From Perkinsela sp. CCAP 1560/9 (Eukaryota; Protista; Euglenozoa: Kinetoplastea), in assembly GCA_965644495.1 (NCBI GenBank), contig CBFFSA010000001.1, positions 372,001 through 436,000 on the forward strand: a DNA stretch of 64,000 nucleotides. Reading direction: 5' to 3'. A program made the position numbers and the translations under genes. The notes below the pieces were generated by a model. It saw only the letters and a list, made by a program, of their open reading frames with translations, made no database searches and was not told the origin of the DNA. Numbering within the stretch: the first letter of the stretch is position 1; each line of letters begins with the position of its first letter. Of the stretch, positions 1 through 9,804 are shown one piece after another.

Positions 1-59
1 AGGGATATTGTCATTTTCCAAGTAGCTCTCTATATTTTTCCTATTAGCACATCAAACAA

Positions 60-1286
60 ATGTTTCGAGCACGTCCGAAACCAACTTTCCCGTGTGTGTA
101 CATGATGTCACAATATTCAGAAGCATCAAACATAACATGTCATACCCTCGGGGGATTTCGACCGAAGATACCACTTTTCGAGTCCAATTCTCTGAATATG
201 AGAAGGAGTAATCGTTACCCTATTCTGCATTTGCATATTTACACAGCTGTTCGTCGTTATTGCACAGAAACCGATTCTGATGAGCATGTTGAGGAAGTTG
301 ATTTCTCGCAAGGCGTTCTGAATGACTTACAAGTGCAGCACGAGATGCAAAGAAGAGCAAAAATGATTCCAAGTCCTTCGCAATATGAGCAAATGATCAG
401 CAATATTCTTCCGTCGGATCAGAAAAATAATCGAGCTGCGTTAAGCGCTCTTCGCGAGTATTTTCGTAAAACACCGATTAATGAGTATATTCCTTGCGAG
501 AGGGTAGTTATCACTTCAGTAGAGACGCCAGATGGGAAAGACATTAAACCCGATGCAGACAAACGGAAGTTTTCGATTCAAGACGCGATTGTATATGCTA
601 GGTCACGCGATCAAGATGTGGTTATGCTGGGTGAAAATCAAGGCGTTGGGTATTGTAAAATTCGAAATGAAGTTCGCCGTGCTTTAAAACAAATTGACAA
701 TCACTTGACAACTGGAAATTCTCCCTCTGGAAATATAATCAAATCACAAGGAAAGCCCGTGGAATACAGCATTCGGGATGTCATAGCCCACAACGATTTG
801 GTGTGGCGATCTCAGAGAATACGTGATGATCTTTCGAAGCGAAAGCAAGTACGCATTGTTTGTGCAAAATTTCTTTCCCCTCCAAGCGCAGTGAGCAAGA
901 TACGTGAGTTTTTAGATTTGATTAAAATAAAAACCGCAGAGGTTGGCGTAGGTCACAGCGCTATGCAAATCGTTATCTCTGAAAACGAATTGGGTGTCAT
1001 TCTGCACCCCACTGGAGGAAAAGAAACTAAACATCCAAGTGATAGCGATTGGGTGAAACATCAGCAAAGACTTCAAAAGGCCGTTGAAAATTCAGGAAGA
1101 GATATATCAGGAACGTACGTACGTTCGAAGGAAAAGAAATTGTTCTCTACCGGAACACGGTTTACTCGTCAAAATAGGTACGGTGAGGCACTTGACGATA
1201 GGAAAGTTGAAGTTTTAAAATACGATTCTGAAGACGTTCTTAGGAGAAAACTTCGAGAAGTTGATGAAAAGCTTCAGAGGACGTGA
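60..1286 (+). CDS. Mitochondrial translation initiation factor IF3-like protein (true start may be a downstream Met)
   Basis: IF3-N-like segment FSIQDAIVYARSRDQDVVMLGENQGVGYCKI and IF3-C-like segment KPVEYSIRDVIAHNDLVWRSQRIRDDLSKRKQVRI; Arg-rich N-terminus compatible with a presequence. Confidence 0.7.
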   Translation: MFRARPKPTFPCVYMMSQYSEASNITCHTLGGFRPKIPLFESNSLNMRRSNRYPILHLHIYTAVRRYCTETDSDEHVEEVDFSQGVLNDLQVQHEMQRRAKMIPSPSQYEQMISNILPSDQKNNRAALSALREYFRKTPINEYIPCERVVITSVETPDGKDIKPDADKRKFSIQDAIVYARSRDQDVVMLGENQGVGYCKIRNEVRRALKQIDNHLTTGNSPSGNIIKSQGKPVEYSIRDVIAHNDLVWRSQRIRDDLSKRKQVRIVCAKFLSPPSAVSKIREFLDLIKIKTAEVGVGHSAMQIVISENELGVILHPTGGKETKHPSDSDWVKHQQRLQKAVENSGRDISGTYVRSKEKKLFSTGTRFTRQNRYGEALDDRKVEVLKYDSEDVLRRKLREVDEKLQRT

Positions 1287-1496
1287 CAGCAGGGTCGCTG
1301 CTGTGAATGACTCTGAAATCAGGTTCTGGAGTTTGATTCATAATCTTTACTATATTTTTAGCTATCTTATAGCTAACAGTATAGTTTATGAAATAGCCAT
1401 CAAAGTTACGTCTAAAATTTGTACGATTTTGCTGAAGGCGAGCTGCAAATATTTTAATTATGTCGTCATTGACACCTAGAACTCTTCCCTCTATTA

Positions 1497-3749
1497 ATGG
1501 AACGTTTATTTTCTTCAGAGTCGTGTAGTTCAAAGTCCACACCTCGGGAGAAAGCGTTGTCTGACGACCATTTGATTGAGACTATATTATCTCCTCCTGA
1601 CCTATCTTCAATAGACTCGGAGGAGGATTCTCGTCGGTATCTTCTCCGTGAGGCCGCTGAAAAATATGAGACTTATTGGGTACCTGGAAAATATATGAGT
1701 CCTTCTCACTTCTTTTCTAGTAGTTTCGCTGCCAAACAAACACGTACCGCCAATAAAGAGAAAAACTTACGAATGAGCAAAGACAAACCTCCCAGTAAAT
1801 TACAAGCGATTCGATACTCAGATTTCATGGGATCGCCTTGGCATCGAAACGCGATTAAACATTTTTCAAAACCAATAAAAGCAATAGCTCCACTTAACAG
1901 TGGCAGTACAGACACTACCGAGTCTGAGATATCAGAGGAGGAGCCGTGTACGAATATTTATGCCGTTTACCGCTACATTATCAACCCCTGTTTTGGTTCA
2001 CACCAGTGGGAATGGTCCTCGATTCAGACACAAAGACTACTCGAACTTGTTACAGAAAATGTCTATCTCGTGTCTAATTTATCGACAGCTACCTCAGCAC
2101 TTACCGAATCGATTTTAAAGCACGCTGAATCAGATTTACAACCCAGTCATTGGGAGTTGATGGGACGCCATTTGAAACGTCCTGGCTTTGCTTGCTACGT
2201 GCATTTCAGACATGCGATTCTCTTCGGTTCAAATTTGACACCGTGGACTGAAGATGAAATAAAACTACTTCTTGCGCTTGCAACTAAATTCGGCATAAGT
2301 TTTAGTGTTGCAGAAGGTTTCACTGGATCTAAAAGACACGATTTGAACTCCGACGAATACATGGCGAAGTTTTCAAAATTCGGTGTGTGGGATCATATTT
2401 CCGATGAGCTGGGCACAGGCCGTTCTTCCTGGCAATGTTTCTCTTGTTTCAGACGTCTTCTACTTGATTCTGGATATCGAACGAAAGAGTACAGTTCAGA
2501 ATGCATCGTATCTGAAATGAAGGATAATCACTTTGCACAAGATGAAGCCGGCAAGCCAGCAGGTCTGGTCAAAAGGTTTCAAAATACAAGTCAATTTGAA
2601 GGGACAGAGCAGTTTGATTTTTCTTCTGAAGAAGGAGCATTAATTTTAGAGGCTCATTACAGAGATCGATACGTCGACTATGCTAGCCTTTGTAGTGCCT
2701 TAAGAAGGCTTCCAAGAAAGTTGCCACAAATTTCTGTGTATCACACTAAGGTTGTAAGAGAGAACCTCCGACAGGGTTCAAACTACAACTCCCATGCATC
2801 CTTCAAAAAGCTACGCCAAGAATTCAGCTCCTCTGACGATGCAAAAATTTTATTTTTATTCCACATATACGGAACGGATGATCCCAACAGCGTTGCTATA
2901 CATTTCCACGACATTTCTCCTCGAATTCCATGTTCGTCAAAATTTGCAACAAGGTCATCTCGTCATTTACAATCACGATACTGGACCCTTTTAAAGGGGG
3001 GACGCTTTCGACGGGCCTGGACCACTCTTGAAAATGAGAGGCTTTGGGCAATGTACACGTGGGCGCAGGAGAAGTATCTCACTCAGAAAGAAACAATGAA
3101 TATCTTGTACCGCACGATGGCCGGAATAAGAACGCGAAAAGATATATCGGAACGTCTTCGCCATTTAGTTTTGAAAAATAATCTTCCTTTCCCTAGAAAG
3201 ATCAAAACCTCGAGCACTACGTTCACTAACTTTTTAATGATAACTAAGGAAATGCCTTGGTCCCTAACTAACTGCACTCTTCCTTTAGATTTCCTACAAA
3301 GCCAACTGGATATTCATGCGTACTCTGGTACTGAGACTAATCATGAAAGATTTCCCCCCATTGCAAAAAGGGGCTGTAGGAGCACATTCGCAGTAAGCGT
3401 TCAAGAGCATTCTGAGCTTTATGGCTCTCCAAGACAACGTGCCTTTGAATGTGTCAATTCCCGCGACACTGTCACTGTGAACTCTCAGCAAATTTCCTCG
3501 ATTCTTATTCCCCCGTGCTATGTCGTTGAAAGTTCGGTTGCGTACCCATCACTCCCAGCGACGCATCCCTCTGTGAGGGAAGCCTTGTATCGCCTTCAAA
3601 CTCATCTAAATGATTCTGCAGTCGTAGATGAGGACGCCGAGGAGAACGACACAATGATATTAGCGACCTTAGAAATTCGACATCTGATGGCAAGTATGGG
3701 GGCTCTGTTTGGCCACGTTTTTCGTACGTCTCGTAGCGCTGGGAGTTGA
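1497..3749 (+). CDS. Multi-Myb-repeat protein, SNAPC4/SNAP190-like
   Basis: About 4-5 Myb repeats (PWTEDE, FSSEEG, FSSSDDAK, AWTTLEN); WDHISDELGTGRSSWQCF closely resembles the SNAP190 repeat WQKIAEELGTSRSAFQCL. Confidence 0.72.
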   Translation: MERLFSSESCSSKSTPREKALSDDHLIETILSPPDLSSIDSEEDSRRYLLREAAEKYETYWVPGKYMSPSHFFSSSFAAKQTRTANKEKNLRMSKDKPPSKLQAIRYSDFMGSPWHRNAIKHFSKPIKAIAPLNSGSTDTTESEISEEEPCTNIYAVYRYIINPCFGSHQWEWSSIQTQRLLELVTENVYLVSNLSTATSALTESILKHAESDLQPSHWELMGRHLKRPGFACYVHFRHAILFGSNLTPWTEDEIKLLLALATKFGISFSVAEGFTGSKRHDLNSDEYMAKFSKFGVWDHISDELGTGRSSWQCFSCFRRLLLDSGYRTKEYSSECIVSEMKDNHFAQDEAGKPAGLVKRFQNTSQFEGTEQFDFSSEEGALILEAHYRDRYVDYASLCSALRRLPRKLPQISVYHTKVVRENLRQGSNYNSHASFKKLRQEFSSSDDAKILFLFHIYGTDDPNSVAIHFHDISPRIPCSSKFATRSSRHLQSRYWTLLKGGRFRRAWTTLENERLWAMYTWAQEKYLTQKETMNILYRTMAGIRTRKDISERLRHLVLKNNLPFPRKIKTSSTTFTNFLMITKEMPWSLTNCTLPLDFLQSQLDIHAYSGTETNHERFPPIAKRGCRSTFAVSVQEHSELYGSPRQRAFECVNSRDTVTVNSQQISSILIPPCYVVESSVAYPSLPATHPSVREALYRLQTHLNDSAVVDEDAEENDTMILATLEIRHLMASMGALFGHVFRTSRSAGS

Positions 3750-3926
3750 AATTCAACTCCGCTTTCTTGCGTCGTATTTTGTTCGCTTTAATTGTGAAAA
3801 AAACATGTGAAATACATGTATATGTAGCACGTAGAAAAGCCCTACGCGTGACATGACCTCCTAGGTCATAAACTCTTAGTCTCATTAATTTGCATAAAAC
3901 GCTTAAGTGGTTTTTCATACATCTAT

Positions 3927-4072
3927 TGAGGGGCTGCGGGTGAGGCCCAAGACGAGATCACGCGAGATCATGTGATATCACGCGAGATCACGTCAGATCA
4001 CGCGACATCCCTCGCGGGCGGTTTTGGCTCGGGAGGGTGGTTGGACGGCCTCAAAACGAGATCAGCCCCTCA
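3927..4072. repeat. Small element with 10-bp inverted ends and internal 10-bp tandem repeats
   Basis: TGAGGGGCTG...CAGCCCCTCA ends; about 6 copies of CGCGAGATCA-like units at 3952-4009; no TSD seen. Confidence 0.35.
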
Positions 4073-4238
4073 TGTACTGTAGTATACATGTATGTGTTTC
4101 GTTTGTCGAGTGGAGAAGAGGAACTGGAAGCAAAGTTTTTAAAACGTCGGTATAGAGAATAATATTTTTCTCTTTTCTGTGCTTTTCTATTTCTTCCATC
4201 TAGAAATTGGAATTTTCCTCCAAAAAGGATAAAAAACA

Positions 4239-5135
4239 ATGGATCTCCTGCAGTATTCTGTCTGGGTTTTCGACTGTGATGGAGTTCTCTGGAGAGATGG
4301 TGCAGTTATTCGAGGAGCCGTCGACCTGATTCGGACTCTGCGTCAATTAGAGAAGCGCATCCTTTTTGTTACTAACAACTCTACTCTCTCAAGACTTCAA
4401 TATCTGAACAAATTCACCTGTTTAGGGTTTCCTGAACCAAGGAAAGAAGACATCATAAGCAGTGGTTTTCTCTGCGCTCGCTTACTTCAGCAACGTCGTT
4501 CTAGCAGCATTCCACGCGCACTGGTGTACGTTATTGGCGAGAGCGGCCTCCACTGTGAACTACGTAGCGCCGGATTCACTACTTTAGGGGAAGAGGATAA
4601 AAATCAGGCATACACTGCATCTAAATTTTTAAACAAATATCTGTCGGACCGGAGAGAAAATAATATTGCAGCAGTAGTCGTTGGAATGGATTCAAGAATA
4701 AATATGTACAAAATAGCCTACGCTTCGCAATGTGTGCAAGACGGCGCTTATTTCATTGCAACCAACAGTGATCCGCAGCTCCCGTCATCTCGTGGCTTGG
4801 GAACCCCCGGTGCTGGGGCGATTGTGGCTGCAGTGAGTATGGCAGCTGGAAAGCAGCCGGATGTTATATGTGGAAAGCCGAACTCCTTGGGTATTCGTTC
4901 GTATCTGGAAGAGCATAACATACAAGTAAGTCCCGTTAGTTCTATCGTTATAGGCGACCGTCTTTCTACTGATATCGCGTTAGGTAAAAGTATGGGGTGT
5001 AGTACAATATGGGTGCAGACAGGATCAGAGAGGCTCGAAAACGGATTTGGTACTGATCGTCATCTAGACCCTACTTACATTTTTTCCTCGGTATATGAAA
5101 TCAATCAGTCGTTAGCTATAATTCCTTCTATATAA
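4239..5135 (+). CDS. HAD class IIA phosphatase (phosphoglycolate / p-nitrophenyl phosphatase, NagD family)
   Basis: Motifs FDCDGVLW, FVTNNS, CGKP, IGDRLSTDI. Confidence 0.92.
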   Translation: MDLLQYSVWVFDCDGVLWRDGAVIRGAVDLIRTLRQLEKRILFVTNNSTLSRLQYLNKFTCLGFPEPRKEDIISSGFLCARLLQQRRSSSIPRALVYVIGESGLHCELRSAGFTTLGEEDKNQAYTASKFLNKYLSDRRENNIAAVVVGMDSRINMYKIAYASQCVQDGAYFIATNSDPQLPSSRGLGTPGAGAIVAAVSMAAGKQPDVICGKPNSLGIRSYLEEHNIQVSPVSSIVIGDRLSTDIALGKSMGCSTIWVQTGSERLENGFGTDRHLDPTYIFSSVYEINQSLAIIPSI

Positions 5136-5378
5136 AACTATCAAGATTTGAGATGGGCTGAATGAGATGGGCTTGCATGGGATCCTAATGATCCCAACGA
5201 TTTGCTGATGCGAAGGCGGTGAAGCATACGTAGGGTGAAGTGGAATGCGTTACCTCTGAATACAACCCTTCGTACTTTTGTCTCGTTGCACCTGTCAGCG
5301 AGCAGTGCCACTTAAAGGACCAATAAAAGGTTCCAAGTTTGTTAAACTGCGTTATCGAGTCGTTTGCGAAGGCCTATA

Positions 5379-5642
5379 CAGGGGGGTGCAGCTAAATCTG
5401 GGGGGGTCTAAAATTTGTAAATGTTGTCCAATTTTAGAAAACAATAGCGCATTCGAGAGCTCTCTCGAATCCTTCTGGTAGAAAGTGCCATTTTCGCTAT
5501 AAAAAAGTAAGGCTCAAAACGGCAGGAAACGACGTATTTTCCACCAGAGGGATTCGAGAGAGCTCCCGAATGCGCTATTATTTTCTACAATTGGCTAAAT
5601 TTTACGAAATTTTGACCCCCCAGATTTAGCTCCACCCCCCTG
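5379..5642. mobile_element. Tc1/mariner-type MITE
   Basis: TA-CAGGGGGGTG...CACCCCCCTG-TA; inverted arms of about 100 bp. Confidence 0.85.
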
Positions 5643-6047
5643 TAGCTCCGTTGCGGGAGCCATGCGTAGTGTATAAACCCTCAATTTATACCATTTGACA
5701 AAATCAAGTACAATGAAGAAGCGATAAATTCACCTTTGGCTTTAGCCCTCCAACTTGTATTGCTTAGATGGAGTTCTCAGCTAGGGTGATTGCGTTTTCC
5801 AGTGCATTTCCAGTACGTTTTCCAGTTGTAGATATCGGTATCGGGAAAAAAAAAAGATATCGGTAGCAAATGCTTGTGGATGCATTGGGGCTTCCCAATA
5901 TGCGAAGGTTGCCATTTCTTTTCTTATTCAGACCTTGGATATCTGGGGAAGTGCTGAGTACGTGGTTCAACGCGCATCGAAGATCAACTTTACAGCATAC
6001 AAAATCCTCATCGCCACCGTGCTCCGCCATGGTGAGTCTATATACTA

Positions 6048-6285
6048 GTTGAGGGAGATACTACTCCCTCGCTATCCTATATTAGTAAAATTGTCCCGAA
6101 ATTTCGCCCGAAATTTGGTCCGACGAAAACTTTGGCCCGCAAAAAGTATTCTTCGCAAAGAATCAAGGACAACACCATAAACTGATAGTTTTAAGAAAGA
6201 AAATCGTACCTTTGGAGGACTCGAGACCGCCTTCTTCGGAAACGATTTGCAAACCCCAAATTGCCACATCTTTTCTTCGTACAAC
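6048..6285. repeat. Dispersed repeat starting TTGAGGGAGATAC; inverted copy at about 53605-53823
   Basis: Visual alignment with the reverse complement of 53605-53823; related start at 7604. Confidence 0.6.
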
Positions 6286-6349
6286 GAGGCTTAGGGGGGT
6301 TGCGGCACCACTTTCCCAATGCGCGCCAAGACCCCGGCTACCCCTTCTG

Positions 6350-7331
6350 CGGGTTTGTTTCGAAAAATAATTTTTTCAAAAAAATTTCGTGCGTTATGCC
6401 CCCCCCTAGACCCCCCATTTTTTTCAAATTTTTTTTTCAATTTTGGACCACCGGAGCCCCCTTATACACCCATGGACAGAAGTGTGCCCCCGGCCTGGTA
6501 AATGCCATTTTTTTATCCGTTTTTTCTCATTTTTGCAGCATTCGAGCGATCTCGTTCCCCTAGCGAAGAGCTTGGCCGCCTTTTTTTTTATAGGGACCCC
6601 CTGGTGCTCTGGTGGTGACCCCAAAGTAGACCAAAAACAAAAAATGGTACATTAGACATCTAGAAAAAAATCACCCTTTCAATGAGAAAATGAGAAAAAA
6701 GGAAGAAGTATCAATATCCGCAATGCTCCCCATTGGTCTGAATAACTATTTGCATACGTTTAGGAACAGATTTGATGGAATTCAACACTTTCTATCTGTG
6801 TATGTGGTGCACGTTTTAGAGCATTAAACGCCTTTTCTGTGGCCTTTGTCAGGGTTACAGAGTTGTGTGGCTTAAAACTACAAAGTTGTGTGGATTTATG
6901 CTGTTTGACTATCTCTGTTCGCTCCGAAATCGACAAAACACGATGTTTCGTTTATGATTTATACGAGGCGGGGTCCTCATGAAGAAAAAAAAGGGAGAAA
7001 AAAAGATAATATACTAGAGAAATTGACTGTGTTCCAAAAAAACGGGCAATAAAACCATGTTTTTTGGAAACAGGGGGTACCAGGGGGTCCCTATGAAGCA
7101 AAGGCGGCAAAGCTCTTCGCTAGGGGAACGAGATCTCTCGAATGCTGCAAAAATGAGAAAAAACGGGTGAAAAAATTGACATTTGCCAGGCCGGGGGCAC
7201 ACTTCTGTCCATGGGTGTATAAATTTTTCTTCTATAATACTACTGTGTTCCTCTTTGTATTTTCACTGTTTTTGTTCACTTTTTTTTCACTAATCGAGGA
7301 TAGAGCGGTAGTTTTCCAACCACCGTAATAA
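6350..7331. mobile_element. Hairpin-ended non-coding repeat (element X), split by the 6467-7217 MITE
   Basis: 6350-6466 plus 7218-7331 match the reverse complement of 52508-52700; third copy at about 60060-60583. Confidence 0.6.
6467..7217. mobile_element. Tc1-like MITE with ~140-bp TIRs
   Basis: TA-CACCCATGGACAGAAGTGTG...CACACTTCTGTCCATGGGTG-TA. Confidence 0.87.
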
Positions 7332-7339
7332 GTTTGCAG

Positions 7340-7600
7340 CTAACAGAAAGAGGGGAGTTCCAGATTCATTGAAGCTTTTCGGAATCCCTTCAGAACCATA
7401 GTTGGCGAACACGACGAATTAAATATCGTAGTTGGAGCCCCATACACATATGAGGTCACCCCGTAGAGCTCCTGAAATTCTTCATTTCCCCTTAGATACT
7501 GAAACACCGCGTTTCTTTCAATTGAAGTGAAGGCGTTACGGATGTCTACTGTCAAGAGCAAAAAGTCCGCTTTTTGACGAAATGCGTTTCTTGCCCTTAA
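7340..7600 (-). pseudogene. CRE/SLACS-like reverse transcriptase fragment
   Basis: LLTVDIRNAFTSIER matches the D-x-x-N-A-F-x-S-I-x-R motif typical of CRE-clade RTs. Confidence 0.6.
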
Positions 7601-7852
7601 TATTGAGGGAGATACGGAGTATCTAACTCGCTTACTAAGGTTAATTCCAAAAATTGAAAAAGATCGTCAAAGAAGCGTAAGATCGAGTTTTTTCAAAATT
7701 CCGAAACGTTGCAGTAGGTCATTAGATGAACTCTTCAATACTCTAAAAATCACCTCAAAAACAACCTTATTTCCCAAATTTTAGAACATTTTTCGTAAAA
7801 AGAAGTGCGTGTGCAAAGGTCTGCGATACGACAAACTGGTTGACTAAGGAGC

Positions 7853-7933
7853 GTCCTTTGAGTAGTCCAGTTGGTAAAGGGTTTCCATTTTGACGCTGGA
7901 CGTCCGCGGTTCGATTCCCGACATCGACATTTT
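7853..7933 (+). pseudogene. tRNA-derived sequence (pseudo-tRNA or orphan SINE head)
   Basis: A-box-like TAGTCCAGTTGG, B-box GGTTCGATTCC, ends ATCGACA like the SINE-B head, then TTTT; acceptor stem does not pair. Confidence 0.4.
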
Positions 7934-8001
7934 ACTAAAAAAATCGAAAAAAAAAAAATTGCTGCAGTGACACGTGCGAGAGTAAGTGCACTGCCACTAT
8001 A

Positions 8002-8090
8002 AGTACAGTGGTACGTGAAAGAGTAAGTGAAAGAGTCACGTACAGAGTACGTGAAAGAGCGGTACAGTGGTACGTGAAAGAGTAAGTGTG
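8002..8090. repeat. Short imperfect tandem repeats
   Basis: Reiterated GTACAGTGGTACGTGAAAGAG. Confidence 0.6.
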
Positions 8091-8171
8091 AGTAAACCCC
8101 GTCTGTGGGGTTTATACCTGTGACATCATCATCATCAAGTGCCACGTGCATACCTGTACGCGCGGCGGGGG

Positions 8172-8545
8172 AGGAGGTGGCGGAGTGGCAAGGAGGTGGC
8201 GGAGTGGCAAGGAGGTGGAGGAGTGGCAAGAATTCAAAGTTTCAAGCACATGGTGCTCAGACAGCGAGTTCAAACCCGCTCATCGCAATATTCCTGGCGG
8301 CTTCACTCGGAGGACCGTCCCGGACCCTCCCCTCAGGGAACCAGCTCCCTTACCCGGCTTACACCTCTTGGGTGAGCCGTGTTGACGTACAATTCGTCGA
8401 CGCAGCGTGTTGGCAATAGCACGTTGGTGCCGCCTTGGACAGGCGGAAACTGGTAGAGGACGTCGGCCTCGGAACTTCCAAATCTGTCTGTGAAGGTTCG
8501 GGCTTGCCAGTGACCATCCGGAGCAATCAGGAATGATTTGGATTT
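8172..8545 (+). mobile_element. SINE-A (tRNA-type head, GATTTG tail) with triplicated 5' end and internal deletion
   Basis: A-box TGGCGGAGTGG, B-box GAGTTCAAACC, 3' hairpin then GATTTGGATTT; colinear with 48495-48877. Confidence 0.8.
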
Positions 8546-8554
8546 TTTTTGGTC

Positions 8555-8680
8555 AGCTGGACATCTCGTGGAAGAGTGGCAAGCTGGCCATGTTGTGGAA
8601 GGGTGGCAAACTCGCCATGTGGTAGGGTGGCCAGCTGGCCATGTTGTGAAAGAGTGACCAGCTGGCCACGTTGTGAAGGA
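8555..8680. repeat. ~22-25-bp imperfect tandem repeat
   Basis: About 5 copies of GGCCAGCTGGCCATGTTGTGAAAGA-like units. Confidence 0.6.
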
Positions 8681-8718
8681 ACCAACCGGGTCTTCACCGC
8701 CTCGAAGGGCCCGCCGTA

Positions 8719-9527
8719 TAACCCAGATTGAAAGGGTCGAGGGAGATACGAAGCAACAACAACAACAACAACACTGATATAATCAGTTAAGGGGTTAATA
8801 TTTTCCCTTAAACATCTTCACACCTTAGATTAAAAACACTGACCACACAACTGTTTACCATATCTCAAATTTAGTGTTTGTTTTAATGAGCCCTCGCATA
8901 AGGATGAGTCTTTTCATTACAATAAACCAGGAAATGGAACCACCAACGCCCCTAGAGTTCAACGTAAATTGAAGGTATCAACTACTTGAGCGCTAAAATA
9001 AAACAATACAACTAACATATAAATATGAACATAAAACTTATAACCTTATATATCTACGATAAATAATAAATATAGTAATAAGAATAAAAACAATCTGACA
9101 GAAAAAACATGAATAAGAACTTCTCGCCTTGTCCGGGCTACAAAAGCACTACTCAAAATTTGAAATTAGGGGGGGGGAATATATTTCACAAGATTTCAAA
9201 TACCATTAGTCACGTGAAACGCGTTCTGTAGAATGCTTTCTTTTTATTTGTGGGCTTCGCAGCTTTGGTTTAATTTCACTTTTCCCGTCTATATTTGTCA
9301 GAACCTTTTGGTTCTTGTTGTTTCGTTGAAGTTTTAGACGTTCTGGATACGAAGCAACAGGCGTGGCAGATTCCCACTGAAAAGAAATGGAATCTCCCCG
9401 CACGAGAAAAGCCTTAGCGCTTGCTGGCTCGGAGACAAACTTGGTACGGGGAGATACCATTTCTTTTCAGTGGGAATCTGCCACGACTGTTGCTTCGTAT
9501 CTCCTTCGCCCCTTTCAATCTGGGTTA
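8719..9527. mobile_element. ~200-bp foldback element (GGGAGATAC family), interrupted by a LINE tail
   Basis: TAACCCAGATTGAAAGGG...CCCTTTCAATCTGGGTTA; long palindrome once 8759-9359 is removed; related to 53282-53461. Confidence 0.75.
8759..9345 (-). mobile_element. 5'-truncated LINE 3' end with (TTG)n tail
   Basis: 14-bp TSD GATACGAAGCAACA at 8745-8758 and 9346-9359; ORF end, AT-rich UTR, hairpin CTGATTATATCAG, (TTG)n; related tail at 22948 and in array copies. Confidence 0.8.
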
Positions 9528-9661
9528 TTTTAGGTCCTCCTATTTCTATTTCTTGTTCCAACACCAAATTGTGCATCTCGGAAAAGTCTGCCCGTTGCTT
9601 CTGCTACCCTGTCCATGGTGATTCGGCTAGCCAATTTAAGAAAGATTTTACCCATTGCTAT

Positions 9662-9770
9662 ATCCAATCCAATCCAATCCAATAGACCGACGTAAGTCGG
9701 TTAGAATACATAACATTGTTCTCTCAAACTTATATTCTTCCACCTCCAAATTCAGAGTTTATATACATCC
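9662..9770 (-). mobile_element. Retroposon 3' tail fragment with (ATTGG)n; related copies at 19755-19860 and 38953-39050
   Basis: (CCAAT)n next to a CCGAC-loop-GTCGG hairpin and a shared CACCTCCAA motif in three places. Confidence 0.7.
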
Positions 9771-9804
9771 CAGTCAAATTTTATTGTCGCTAATATTCAT
9801 GGTA

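Noticed and set aside
2947-2955. SL remnant inside the SNAPC4-like gene
   Set aside because: Only 9 nt, in coding sequence; plausible by chance
8292-8345. Bacterial 5S rRNA-like start (CCTGGCGG...)
   Set aside because: The 3' half of 5S is absent and full SINE copies have an insert here
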